A stretch of 64,000 nt of DNA, from NCBI GenBank assembly GCA_037917675.1, contig JAVCBW010000005.1:32001-96000 (forward strand), given 5' to 3'. The notes under the pieces were generated by a model. The model was not told the origin of the DNA and did not search any database. It saw nothing but the letters and a program-made list of their open reading frames with translations. Positions 18,037-27,280 of the stretch are shown here, in pieces; the stretch's first letter is position 1; each line of letters starts with the position of its first letter. The translations under genes and the position numbers were made by a program. This DNA comes from Thermoproteota archaeon (GTDB lineage Archaea; Korarchaeota; Korarchaeia; B14-G2).

Positions 18037-18176
18037 GAACCCACCTAGGTCTTCTCTGCTGACAGCTGTAATTAACTTTATGCTAGTGGCATAGAACCGC
18101 GCTTAGAGTTAGGAGTGAGCTTAAGCGATGTTGTTATCAGCTGAGCTCTAATGCGGCATGGAGCCACCGGTAAAAG

Positions 18177-18183
18177 TTTTAAA
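18177..18183 (+). promoter_or_regulatory. TATA box of the dehydrogenase/H-protein operon
   Basis: AAAAG-TTTTAAA 37 nt before TTG 18220; RBS GAGGTG. Confidence 0.55.
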
Positions 18184-18219
18184 CTATGCATGTGGCAGCT
18201 GAGGCAAAGAGGTGTGCAT

Positions 18220-19824
18220 TTGCCAGATTTAAGGATCAGAGAGCATCCTATACTCGAATTTGAGCGTGGAAGGGAGGTTACTATCTACTTTGAGGGGAAG
18301 CCGATTAGAGCCTACGAAAGTGAGACGGTGGCTGCAGCCCTCTATGCAAGCGGCATCAAAGTCTTCAGCAGAAGCTTCAAGTATAGGAGGGCAAGAGGCT
18401 TTTTTTGCGCAATAGGAAGATGCTCAGCATGCATGATGGAAGTAGATGGAGTACCTAACGTGAGGACATGTATGGTGCAGGTCAGAGATGGCATGAAGGT
18501 GAGAAGGCAGAAGGGGTGGCCTACTGCAGAGACAGACCTGCTTGCACCAGTCCTAGAGAGAATGGACCTCTCCCCAGCAGCTTACCTCAAGAGGATGGCT
18601 AAGCCAGCAGCTTTCAGGAGAATTTATCTGAGGCTGATGAGGAAGTTCACAGGCATAGGAGAAGCTAGAGCTATAGGAGATGGGAGGAAGGCAAGCAGGC
18701 CTGAGGTCTATGACGTCGAGGTAGCAGTGATTGGGGGAGGGCCTGCAGGGCTGATGGCAGCTATTGAAGCAGGGCAGCTATGTAAGAGTGTGCTGCTCAT
18801 CGATGACAAGCATAAGCTAGGGGGGCAGCTGATAAAGCAGACCCACAAGTTCTTCGGGAACGTCAGCTACTGTGCTGGGCGAAGAGGCTTTAAGCTAGCA
18901 GATGAGATGGCTGAGAAAATCTCAAAGATGAGCAGTGTTAAGGTGCTGACTTCCACCTCAGCGTTTGCATACTATCCTAGAGAAGGGTTCCTTGCTGCTG
19001 TGAGAGATGGAAGCAGGATAGTCAAGGTTAGAGCTAGGAAGTACATAATCTCAACTGGAGCATATGAGAGGACTCTGGTCTTCGAGAACAATGACCTGCC
19101 AGGAGTCTATGGTGCAGGAGGAGTACAGACTCTCATGAACGTCTATGGGATCAAGCCTGGTGAAGCAGGGCTAATGGTAGGCTCAGGGAACGTTGGGCTG
19201 ATAGTGTCATACCAGCTGCTTCAGGCTGGAGTCGATGTAAAGGCCATAGTAGAGGTTCTTCCCAGGATAGGAGGCTACCTAGTGCATGCAGCCAAGGTGA
19301 GGAGGCTAGGTGTCCCGATACTAACTAGGCACACCATAGTTAAGGCACTCGGTAAGACACACGTGGAGGGAGCTGTGATAGCCAGGGTAGATGAGAGCTT
19401 TAATCCGATACCAGGGTCAGAGAGAAAGATAGACTGCGACTTCATCTGCATCTCAGTAGGGCTGACGCCAACCTATGACCTCATCCAACACTTCAAGCCG
19501 AAGATGCTCATGGTCCCAGAGCTAGGAGGCTTTGTCCCTGTTAGGGACGTCTATGGGAGAGTCAGGAGAGACGTCTACATAGCTGGCGACTGCTCTGGGG
19601 TAGAGGAGGCTGCTACAGCCATGCTAGAGGGAGCTATAGCAGGGATACATGCAAGCCTCATGCTCGGGTATGGGGGAGAGGAGGAGAAGAGGAGGATAGA
19701 GGAGTACATGAGGGAGCTTGAGGAGGAGAGGGGGTCACCTTTCAGTGAGAGGATAAAGGCTGGGCTGAGGGAGGTTCTTGTTGAGAGTATCGAGAGGCTT
19801 GAGGAGGGGGGTGAGCTTGGCTGA
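18220..19824 (+). CDS. PDH2-type dye-linked amino-acid dehydrogenase alpha subunit (2Fe-2S + FAD/NADH domain)
   Basis: TTG start after GAGGTG; FCAIGRCSAC...TC 2Fe-2S motif, GGGPAG, GGQLIKQTHKFFG, GSGNVG. Confidence 0.85.
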   Translation: MPDLRIREHPILEFERGREVTIYFEGKPIRAYESETVAAALYASGIKVFSRSFKYRRARGFFCAIGRCSACMMEVDGVPNVRTCMVQVRDGMKVRRQKGWPTAETDLLAPVLERMDLSPAAYLKRMAKPAAFRRIYLRLMRKFTGIGEARAIGDGRKASRPEVYDVEVAVIGGGPAGLMAAIEAGQLCKSVLLIDDKHKLGGQLIKQTHKFFGNVSYCAGRRGFKLADEMAEKISKMSSVKVLTSTSAFAYYPREGFLAAVRDGSRIVKVRARKYIISTGAYERTLVFENNDLPGVYGAGGVQTLMNVYGIKPGEAGLMVGSGNVGLIVSYQLLQAGVDVKAIVEVLPRIGGYLVHAAKVRRLGVPILTRHTIVKALGKTHVEGAVIARVDESFNPIPGSERKIDCDFICISVGLTPTYDLIQHFKPKMLMVPELGGFVPVRDVYGRVRRDVYIAGDCSGVEEAATAMLEGAIAGIHASLMLGYGGEEEKRRIEEYMRELEEERGSPFSERIKAGLREVLVESIERLEEGGELG

Positions 19825-20317
19825 GTACTTGAGTAGGGGATACCTCACTACAGGAGAGCTCAGGGGAATGGGGCTGATACCACCAGATGAGGTTGTTAGG
19901 GAGAAGAGAGTCGCTGTCATAGAGTGTGTCCAGGAGATCCCATGTAACCCTTGCTCAGCTATCTGCAAGGTTGGAGCCATACTGAAGGAGGGGCTGTGTA
20001 AGCCTCCTAGAGTAGACTGGGAGAAGTGTGTTGGCTGTAGGATGTGTGTCGCAATATGCCCAGGGCTAGCAATATTCTGCATCCAGATAAAGGATGGAAA
20101 GGGCTATGTGACCATGCCATATGAGATGCTTCCAAAGCCCAATAAGGGAGACAAGGCTGTTCTACTGAGCAGAGCTGGGGAAGAGCTGGGTGAGGGAGAG
20201 GTTGTGGAGGTCTTCAAGATGATCAAGGGAGACCCTGCTTACGTCATCACAGTAGAGGCTCCGAGGCCTGAGCTCGTCTATGAGGTTAGGGCAGTTAGGA
20301 TAGCTAAAGGTGGTTGA
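19817..20317 (+). CDS. Ferredoxin (gamma, PdhF-like) subunit
   Basis: IECVQEIPCNPC...C and CVGCRMCVAICPG clusters; TTG start after GGTGA. Confidence 0.85.
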   Translation: MAEYLSRGYLTTGELRGMGLIPPDEVVREKRVAVIECVQEIPCNPCSAICKVGAILKEGLCKPPRVDWEKCVGCRMCVAICPGLAIFCIQIKDGKGYVTMPYEMLPKPNKGDKAVLLSRAGEELGEGEVVEVFKMIKGDPAYVITVEAPRPELVYEVRAVRIAKGG

Positions 20318-20318
20318 A

Positions 20319-20597
20319 TTGGGTAGGGGAAAGAAAATAGTGTGCTTCTGCCATGATGTGACCGAAGAGGACATAATAGAAGCCATAGAAATGGGTTACG
20401 ATGACATAGAGAGTATAAAGAGGTTCACTGGAGTGACAACTGGTCCATGTCAGGGAAAGTCCTGCATGATGCATGTCCTGAGGATCCTGAGGAGGATGGG
20501 CAAGCTGAAGGAGGCTAAGACTACAGTCATCAGGCCTCCAATAGACCCAATTCCAATAGAAGCCCTCTTAGGTGATGATGATGAAGAAGAAGGCTGA
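20319..20597 (+). CDS. BFD-like 2Fe-2S (delta, PdhX-like) subunit
   Basis: VCFCHDVT...TGPCQGKSC...RPP. Confidence 0.85.
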   Translation: MGRGKKIVCFCHDVTEEDIIEAIEMGYDDIESIKRFTGVTTGPCQGKSCMMHVLRILRRMGKLKEAKTTVIRPPIDPIPIEALLGDDDEEEG

Positions 20598-21672
20598 CAT
20601 AGCAGTCATAGGGTGTGGAGCTCTTGGAGCAGGCATCGCATATAACATAGCTAGACTAGGCTGGAAGCCGCTGGTCTTTGAGGCCAGGTACTTCGGGTAT
20701 GGGTCAACAGGGAGAGACGTAGGTGTCATCAGGGGGAGGCATAAGGACCCTGATGTAGCTAAGCTGGCCTCAGAAGGCCTTAAGCTTCACGAAAAGCTGC
20801 CAGAGGAGCTTGAGTCTAATACCTTGTTTAGGCAGGACGGCGTGCTTACAGTGGCGCTTACAGATGAGGAAGCTGAGGCATTGAGGCGAGAGTTCAGCTC
20901 CTATGTGACAGGGGGGTTCAGGGAGCTCAGCAGAGAGGAGGCTGCGAGCAGATATCCATATATCAGGCTAGATGACGTGAAGCTCTGCTATCTTAGCCCG
21001 AGAGAAGGGTTGGTTCACCCGCTAGCCGTCCTCTGGGGGTACCTGGATGCACTCAGAAAGCTAGGTGGTGAGGTTGTTAAGCCAGCTGAGGTGACTAGCA
21101 TAGAAGTTGAGGGGAGACAGCTAGCTGTAAAGACTACAGCAGGCGAGTATAAGGCAGGCAAGGTCGTGGTGGCAGCAGGCTTCGAGAGCAGAGAGCTTCT
21201 TAGCAGGCTTAGAGTCGAAATCCCATTGGATCCTCTTGCTAAGGAAGCTCTGGTAACAGAGCCTATGAGGCCCTTCCTGGATCCTGTCGTTGAGAGGCCA
21301 AGTACAGGGCTTATGGTAGCTCAGACGATGAGAGGAGAGGTCATCGGGACAGTAGGATCCCTAGGGAAGACAAGCGACCTCAGCTTGTCGAGCTATAGGT
21401 TCCTCAGAGACTTCGCTAAGCAGGCTACCCAGCTTATCCCAGCTCTCAGAAGCCTAAAGGTGCTTAGGCAGTGGACTTGCATCTTAGACATGACACCAGA
21501 TGGGAAGCCGGTTATTGGTGAGACTAGCGTCAGTGGAGTATATGTTGCATGTGGTATGCATGACTATGGCCTCAGCTTGGTGCCTATAGTCAGTAAGCTA
21601 CTAGCTAAGCTTGTGGTGGAGGGAGTTGAAGACCCCCTGCTGAAGCCATTTTCACCAGAGAGGTTTAGGTGA
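20581..21672 (+). CDS. DAO-family FAD oxidoreductase (beta subunit, divergent)
   Basis: GCGALG FAD motif, GSTGR, TPDGKP, FSPERF terminus. Confidence 0.82.
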   Translation: MKKKADIAVIGCGALGAGIAYNIARLGWKPLVFEARYFGYGSTGRDVGVIRGRHKDPDVAKLASEGLKLHEKLPEELESNTLFRQDGVLTVALTDEEAEALRREFSSYVTGGFRELSREEAASRYPYIRLDDVKLCYLSPREGLVHPLAVLWGYLDALRKLGGEVVKPAEVTSIEVEGRQLAVKTTAGEYKAGKVVVAAGFESRELLSRLRVEIPLDPLAKEALVTEPMRPFLDPVVERPSTGLMVAQTMRGEVIGTVGSLGKTSDLSLSSYRFLRDFAKQATQLIPALRSLKVLRQWTCILDMTPDGKPVIGETSVSGVYVACGMHDYGLSLVPIVSKLLAKLVVEGVEDPLLKPFSPERFR

Positions 21673-21676
21673 GAGC

Positions 21677-23008
21677 ATGGAGGTTGTTGTCGTTGGAGGA
21701 GGTGTAGCTGGCGCTTCAGCTGCTGAGGCAGCTAGAGTAGCTGGAGCAGAGGTCACGCTGGTCAGCGTAGAGGAGCATGTAGGATACTCTAGGTGTGGGC
21801 TACCATACCTCATTGGAGGAAAGGTGAGGAGCCCGAGTGACCTGAGAGTATACCCTGAAAGCGACTTAGGGAGGATAGGAGTAAGGGTTGTTAAGGGGAG
21901 AGCTATCGACATCAGTAGAGATGGAAAGCTTAGGGTAGAGCTGAATTCAGGCGGCTCTACTGAATTCAGCTACGACTCTCTTGTCCTAGCTACTGGGGCA
22001 CGTGCTACTATTCCACCCATCAAGGGAGCTGATCTACCTGGAGTCTATACGCTTAGAACGATAGATGATGCTCTGGAGATAATGAGAGCTGTGAAGCAGA
22101 GCAAGAATGCAGTCATAGTGGGGGCAGGGTTCATAGGCTTAGAGCTAGCTGAAAACTTCACTGAACTAGGGTTGAAGACCACTGTAGTTGAGATGCTGCC
22201 TCACGTGCTTCCAGCTGTCCTAGACCATGATATGGCTAAGATGCTTCAGAGGCACCTCAGGGACCATGGAGTAGAGCTGTATGTCAGCAAGAGAGTAGAG
22301 GAGATAGCTGGAGAGAGCAGGGCTAGAGAGGTTGCGATACAGGAGGTTGGAGTTGTGGAAGCAGACTTGGTCATATTAGCTACTGGAGTAAGAGCTGAGA
22401 CAGAGCTCGCTAAGGCTGCTGGAGCTGAAATAGGGCCTACTGGAGGCATCAAGACAGACTGGAGGCTTCAGACAACTCAGCCAGAGGTATATGCGTGTGG
22501 TGACTGCGCTGAGGTCAGGAACCTGATCACTGGGCAGCCTACTCTCATCCAGCTAGGGACTGCAGCAGTGAAGCAGGGGAGGATTGCTGGAGAGAACGCT
22601 GCAGGCGGCAAGAGAGCCTACTTCGGTGGGCTTGCCTCAGCAGTCACCAAGCTCTTTGAGATGCAGATTGGTTCAACAGGCCTCACAGTCTGGCAGGCTG
22701 AGAGGGCTGGGCTCCCAGTTGAGAGCGTTAGGGTCGTAGGAAGGAGTAGGCCACACTACTATCCTGGTGCAGAGAGGATCTACGTGAAGCTTATAGCTGA
22801 AACAGAGCAAGATAGGATTGTTGGAGCTCAGATCATGGCTCCGCTAGAGGTGGCACCTAGGATAAACCTTGTCGCTACAGCCATCCAGGCTAGGCTCACA
22901 GTCAGTGAGCTAGCTGCAATGGACTCATGTTATGCGCCACCAGTCTCAGAGTATGTTGAGCCTATTGCTAGAGCAGCCCAGGAGCTACAGAAGAGGCTAA
23001 AGAAATAA
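21677..23008 (+). CDS. CoA-disulfide reductase / NADH oxidase-family flavoprotein
   Basis: GGGVAG, single redox Cys YSRCGLPY, GAGFIGLE, GDC, CYAPP. Confidence 0.85.
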   Translation: MEVVVVGGGVAGASAAEAARVAGAEVTLVSVEEHVGYSRCGLPYLIGGKVRSPSDLRVYPESDLGRIGVRVVKGRAIDISRDGKLRVELNSGGSTEFSYDSLVLATGARATIPPIKGADLPGVYTLRTIDDALEIMRAVKQSKNAVIVGAGFIGLELAENFTELGLKTTVVEMLPHVLPAVLDHDMAKMLQRHLRDHGVELYVSKRVEEIAGESRAREVAIQEVGVVEADLVILATGVRAETELAKAAGAEIGPTGGIKTDWRLQTTQPEVYACGDCAEVRNLITGQPTLIQLGTAAVKQGRIAGENAAGGKRAYFGGLASAVTKLFEMQIGSTGLTVWQAERAGLPVESVRVVGRSRPHYYPGAERIYVKLIAETEQDRIVGAQIMAPLEVAPRINLVATAIQARLTVSELAAMDSCYAPPVSEYVEPIARAAQELQKRLKK

Positions 23009-23033
23009 GAGCTGGTATCAGGTGGGGTAAGCC

Positions 23034-23444
23034 TTGGCTGAGAAGATTAAGGTAAAGGAGTATGAGATCGTAGTAGGGCTACTGTACTCAAAGGATCATG
23101 TGTGGGCTAAGAGAGAAGACAGCACAGTGAGGATAGGGGTCACAGACTATGCTCAGAAGGAGCTGAAGGAGGTCACTGGAGTAGAGCTACTAGTAGAGAA
23201 GGGAGAGGAGGTTGAGAAGGGAGACTCCATCGCCACACTAGAGTCTGTTAAGGCTGTAGCAGACGTCTTCACTCCAGTGACAGGGAGGGTAGTTGAGGTG
23301 AACACAAAGCTAGAGGAAGAACCTACCCTCATAAACGATGATCCATATGGTGAAGGCTGGATAGCAGTCATCGAGATCTCAGATCCATCTGAGCTAGATG
23401 AGCTGATGAAGGCAGAAGAGTACGCTAAGGAGGTCAGCAAGTAG
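23034..23444 (+). CDS. gcvH: Glycine cleavage H-protein (lipoyl carrier)
   Basis: YSKDHVW, GVTDYAQ, LESVKA (lipoyl-Lys), INDDPYGEGW. Confidence 0.93.
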   Translation: MAEKIKVKEYEIVVGLLYSKDHVWAKREDSTVRIGVTDYAQKELKEVTGVELLVEKGEEVEKGDSIATLESVKAVADVFTPVTGRVVEVNTKLEEEPTLINDDPYGEGWIAVIEISDPSELDELMKAEEYAKEVSK

Positions 23445-24417
23445 CTAGTAGCCACTCCACCTGCCGATATATCTCACATTCATCTCTTTTTGCAAGCTTC
23501 AAGCTCGGGTAGTTGTATATTGGGCCAAGAGGGCTCTCGTTATAGAACGGCCTATTACAGCCTAAGCATCCTGATGTGAGGAAGGGCTTTAGAGTACGGG
23601 CCTCGGCTTCAGCTATATGAGACCACTCTCCTAGCCCGATGAGAGAGCCTGTACTACTGAACTTGAAGTCTGATGGCCTTGCACCATACTCCTGGATGAG
23701 ATATAGCGCCAGCTGAAGCCCTCTATACCTCCTTACACTAGGGCTTCTTGCAGCATGCATTCTGGTACCTGGGAGGGGAGTTAGAGCAAAGAGGGCTATC
23801 TGAGCTCCGACTGACTTGAGATCTGTAGCAGTCTTGAGGAGCTCCAGGTCGCTTTCACCTAGCCCAGCTATCAGGTGGCATGAGACACGTCCTCTACCAA
23901 GCACACTGAGAGCCTTGTAGATGGTCCTCCAGATTCCACTCCATGTCAAGCCTCTCTTCACCTCTGCGAAGACACGAGGAGAAGCTGCATCGAGCCCTAT
24001 GCCTACTCTCTCAGCTCCAGCTTCCTTGAGCTGCTGGAGTGTCCTCCCTGATGTCGCTGTGACTGCTACTGAGATAGGCTTGCCAGCATCCCTTAAGGCT
24101 AGCAGCAGACTCGCTAGCCTCCTCGTATATCCTGGGTGAGGGACTGTCTGGACACAGACCCTGAGCAAGCTGCTCTCTCGAATCGAGCGTATGACATCAG
24201 TTAGAGGATAGCTTGGCCAGACTACCCTAGATAACATGTCTGGTCTAGATGAGCTGCTTCTAGCCTGAGCACAGAACACACAGTCATAGATGCATCTTCC
24301 CTTAGAGAACATGAGGTAAGCTGTAGTGGGAGAGGCAAGCGAATGTACTCTAGCTAGCCTGATAGCTCCAGCTGTCCCTACTGAGACCCTAACTTCAGCA
24401 AGCTCCTCACGTGAAAT
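23434..24417 (-). CDS. lipS2: Archaeal lipoyl synthase subunit LipS2 (radical SAM)
   Basis: CxxxCxxC (CIYDCVFC), AQARSS, LSRVVWP, TSGCLGCNRP (LipS2 motif TxGCPxCNRP with P to L). The family-type N-terminus RVSVGTA...PTTAYLM lies upstream of ATG 24312, so a start at ATT 24417 is proposed. Confidence 0.8.
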   Translation of the reverse strand: MSREELAEVRVSVGTAGAIRLARVHSLASPTTAYLMFSKGRCIYDCVFCAQARSSSSRPDMLSRVVWPSYPLTDVIRSIRESSLLRVCVQTVPHPGYTRRLASLLLALRDAGKPISVAVTATSGRTLQQLKEAGAERVGIGLDAASPRVFAEVKRGLTWSGIWRTIYKALSVLGRGRVSCHLIAGLGESDLELLKTATDLKSVGAQIALFALTPLPGTRMHAARSPSVRRYRGLQLALYLIQEYGARPSDFKFSSTGSLIGLGEWSHIAEAEARTLKPFLTSGCLGCNRPFYNESPLGPIYNYPSLKLAKRDECEIYRQVEWLLATC

Positions 24418-24962
24418 GCCTCCCTCACCTCTGACACTAGATTCTTTGGGAGAGTAACCCCCCTCTGCCCCTGGTATTCTCCTGAGTAGAGCTTCTCAAC
24501 AGAGTTGAGACACTTTGAGAAGACCACGTGTAGAAACCGGATCCCCCTATACACCCTTATGGGATATGGCTTCGACCAGAACACTTCAATCGTGAGCTCA
24601 CCACGAAAGCCTGCGTCAACATATGTGGTTGGAGCTATAAAGCCTAGCCTAGCAAACGTTGACCTGAGGCCGCATATAGCCATGAGGTCACTTGGGAGAC
24701 TAATGTACTCCTCGGTATGCATCAGGACAGAGGTGTATGGAGGGATCTCATAGCCGCTCTCAGGGATCTCCTCTATCTCATAGAAGTCAGCTGGGTTATC
24801 TCGCCCAATGTCTAGTGGACGCTTAAGGTCTCGAGGTATAGCTATGTATGGGCCTATATGGAGGTCTACCCCATTTTGCTGTATGGTATCCTCTAGCAGA
24901 GGCCTTATAGTAAGCCTGCCCTCACTCAGGTAGCTTTTCAAGTCGAAGTCTGAGAGAATCAA
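24378..24962 (-). CDS. dcd: dCTP deaminase
   Basis: TTG 24962 gives MILSDFDLK; NGVDL, LRSTFARLG, VDAGFRGELTIE, YQGQRGVT. Confidence 0.92.
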   Translation of the reverse strand: MILSDFDLKSYLSEGRLTIRPLLEDTIQQNGVDLHIGPYIAIPRDLKRPLDIGRDNPADFYEIEEIPESGYEIPPYTSVLMHTEEYISLPSDLMAICGLRSTFARLGFIAPTTYVDAGFRGELTIEVFWSKPYPIRVYRGIRFLHVVFSKCLNSVEKLYSGEYQGQRGVTLPKNLVSEVREAFHVRSLLKLGSQ

Positions 24963-24989
24963 GTAGACCCCTATGGCTGAGGTATGTAG

Positions 24990-24997
24990 CTTTAAAA
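24990..24997. promoter_or_regulatory. Bidirectional TATA box shared by dcd and xpf
   Basis: CTTTAAAA about 28-30 nt from both TTG 24962 (-) and TTG 25027 (+). Confidence 0.5.
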
Positions 24998-25026
24998 CAT
25001 CACTGCTGAGCAGAGCTGGTGGCATC

Positions 25027-25707
25027 TTGGATGCTATAGTAGACAGCAGGGAGCCACCGTGGATCATAGAGCTCCTGAAGAGAGTCTGCAGAGAGGTTGA
25101 GATCAAGCTGCTTCCAGTAGGTGACATAGTGGCCCATAGAGGTAGGCTGGGAGTTCTGGTTGAGAGGAAGACCGTGAGAGACTTCTTTAGCTCAGTGTGG
25201 AGTGGTAGGCTCTGGGAGCAGCTGGCAAAGCTTACTTCAGTAGAAGAGGTAGCTGGAGTGAGGGTTGCTAGGAGGATCCTGCTGGTTGAGGGGTCCTTCA
25301 CACAGCAAGCTTACACGCTGAGTGAGCCGAGGAAGAAGCTTGCTAGCGTATCTGGAGCCCTAATGGAGTGCCAGTTCAGATATGGTATCCCAGTCATCCA
25401 GGTGGATTCAGCTGTGATGCTAGAGGAGTTCATCAGGGTGCTTGTCTCTAGAGAGGAAGCTGGCAAGAACGAGGGGGAGCCTGAGGAGAGGTGGTTCAGG
25501 CCAGTCAGGGTCACTAGAGTGCCGGAGAGGGACGTTAAGGTCTATGTGCTGTCATCTATACCGTTCATTGGGAGGAAGCTTGCTACTGAGCTGCTGAGGG
25601 AGTTTGGGACGATAGCTAGGATAGCTAATGCAAGCAGGCATGAGCTCATGAGGGTACCTGGAATAGGAGAGAAGCTGGCGACGAAGATATACAAGGTATT
25701 CCACTAG
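25027..25707 (+). CDS. xpf: Short-form XPF/ERCC4 structure-specific nuclease with HhH2
   Basis: IVDSRE, VGD, VERK..RD, S...GRL.EQ; tandem HhH (IPFIG, VPGIG). Confidence 0.88.
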   Translation: MDAIVDSREPPWIIELLKRVCREVEIKLLPVGDIVAHRGRLGVLVERKTVRDFFSSVWSGRLWEQLAKLTSVEEVAGVRVARRILLVEGSFTQQAYTLSEPRKKLASVSGALMECQFRYGIPVIQVDSAVMLEEFIRVLVSREEAGKNEGEPEERWFRPVRVTRVPERDVKVYVLSSIPFIGRKLATELLREFGTIARIANASRHELMRVPGIGEKLATKIYKVFH

Positions 25708-25805
25708 CTGTAGGGTCGATCTCATATGGCAGCTTGCCTCTCTGAGCTGAACTAGGCTCCAATAACTTTTAAGCAGGCAGGGAGCTCGGGGGCGTTGGGG
25801 ATAGC

Positions 25806-27269
25806 TTGAGCTATAGCAAGGTGACTTCAGAGGTTATTGAGGAGCTAAAGAGCATAGTTGGGCCTGAGTACGTGTCTGACAAGCCAGCAGTCTTAGCAGC
25901 CTACCTGTCGAGGAGCATAATGGGCATTGAGGCTGTTAGGCCAGATGTCGTCGTTAGGCCGAAGTACGTGGAGGAAGTCAGGAAGGTACTGATGCTAGCT
26001 AACGAAAATAGGATCCCTGTCACGCCGATGGCAGGAGGCCTATCAGGAGGCTTCGCATTACCTCTCATCAAGCCAGCAGGTATACTCTTAGACCTCTCTA
26101 GGATGGATAGGATCCTGAAGGTAGACCCTGATGCAAGGTATATGGTGGTTGAGCCAGGGGTTAGGAACGGGCCTCTATGGGCGTACTTCAGGAAGAACTA
26201 TCCGGAGTATGCCCCTCCGATACCGGATGGCGCCCCTCCTGCAGCAACGGTTGTAGGAGACGCTCTGGAGAGGGGGTTCACGATAGTCACGAGTAAAGCT
26301 GGGCCTGCAGCAGACCTAGTGCTTGGGCTGGAGGTAGTCCTGCCTACTGGTGAGGTCATCAGGACAGGCTCTTGGGCTCTGCCAGGAGCTAAGCCCTTCT
26401 ACAAGTGGGGGCTTGGGCCAGACTTCACTGGGGTCTTCCTGGGGGCTCAGGGGACGATGGGTGTCGTCACAAAGCTTGCAGTCAAGATATTCCCTCACTC
26501 AGAGCACAAGGATATACTGGCTTTCGGCTTTGAGAACCCACATGACATGGTGAAGGCTACCATGAGAGTCTTGAAGCAGGAGGTTGGTGTCATGGTGCAG
26601 GGTGGCAACTGGTGGCTTGTGCCAACTAGGCTAGCTGAGGAAAACCCGAGGCTAGCAGATTACCAGTACTGGGCTAAACTTGGGGTTCCATTGTGGTTCA
26701 TGAACTTCGAGCTATGGGGGAGAGATGAGGAGGATCTAGAGTATCAGAGGAGGGTTGTGAGACGAGAGATGGAGAAGGCTGCTCAGGCAGGCATCAGGGT
26801 CAGGGAGTGGAAGCTCCACCCGAGGCAGAAGAAGAGTAGGCTGAAGAAGCCGAACAAAATAGCTATACCATATGCAAAGTGGAGGGGAGCATTCCTCTTT
26901 ATAACATGGTACACACCCTGGATGGAGGCTGGAGAGTTCGCTGAAATATGTGTCAAGAAGCTAGAGGAATACAGGTTCCCACCAGTCCTCTGGATTGCTT
27001 CCATAGAGCATGGGAGGGAAGCAATATGCATGCCTATAGTATGCTATGACCCTACAAGCTCAGAGGAGATGGAGAGGCTTAGAGAGTTCAATAGAGACAC
27101 AACAGAGATATTCGTTGAGAAAGGCTGGATAAACTACAGGCCAGACCCATATGTCCATGCACCAGCGATGTACTCTAGGGCAGCAGCCTACTATAGTATG
27201 CTAAAGAAGCTCAAGAAGGTTTTTGACCCCAATGGCATAATGCATCCAGGCAGGCTATGCCTGCCATAG
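25806..27269 (+). CDS. FAD-linked oxidase (GlcD/PCMH-VAO family)
   Basis: PDVVVRP, LDLSRMDRI, VEPGV, GLEVVLPTGEVIRTG, GAQGTMGVVT, FDPNGIMHPG. Confidence 0.85.
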   Translation: MSYSKVTSEVIEELKSIVGPEYVSDKPAVLAAYLSRSIMGIEAVRPDVVVRPKYVEEVRKVLMLANENRIPVTPMAGGLSGGFALPLIKPAGILLDLSRMDRILKVDPDARYMVVEPGVRNGPLWAYFRKNYPEYAPPIPDGAPPAATVVGDALERGFTIVTSKAGPAADLVLGLEVVLPTGEVIRTGSWALPGAKPFYKWGLGPDFTGVFLGAQGTMGVVTKLAVKIFPHSEHKDILAFGFENPHDMVKATMRVLKQEVGVMVQGGNWWLVPTRLAEENPRLADYQYWAKLGVPLWFMNFELWGRDEEDLEYQRRVVRREMEKAAQAGIRVREWKLHPRQKKSRLKKPNKIAIPYAKWRGAFLFITWYTPWMEAGEFAEICVKKLEEYRFPPVLWIASIEHGREAICMPIVCYDPTSSEEMERLREFNRDTTEIFVEKGWINYRPDPYVHAPAMYSRAAAYYSMLKKLKKVFDPNGIMHPGRLCLP

Positions 27270-27280
27270 GAGGTGAGAGC

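Noticed and set aside
24963-25301. 113-aa N-terminal extension of dcd
   Set aside because: It is the antisense of xpf; Dcd begins at MILSD (TTG 24962).
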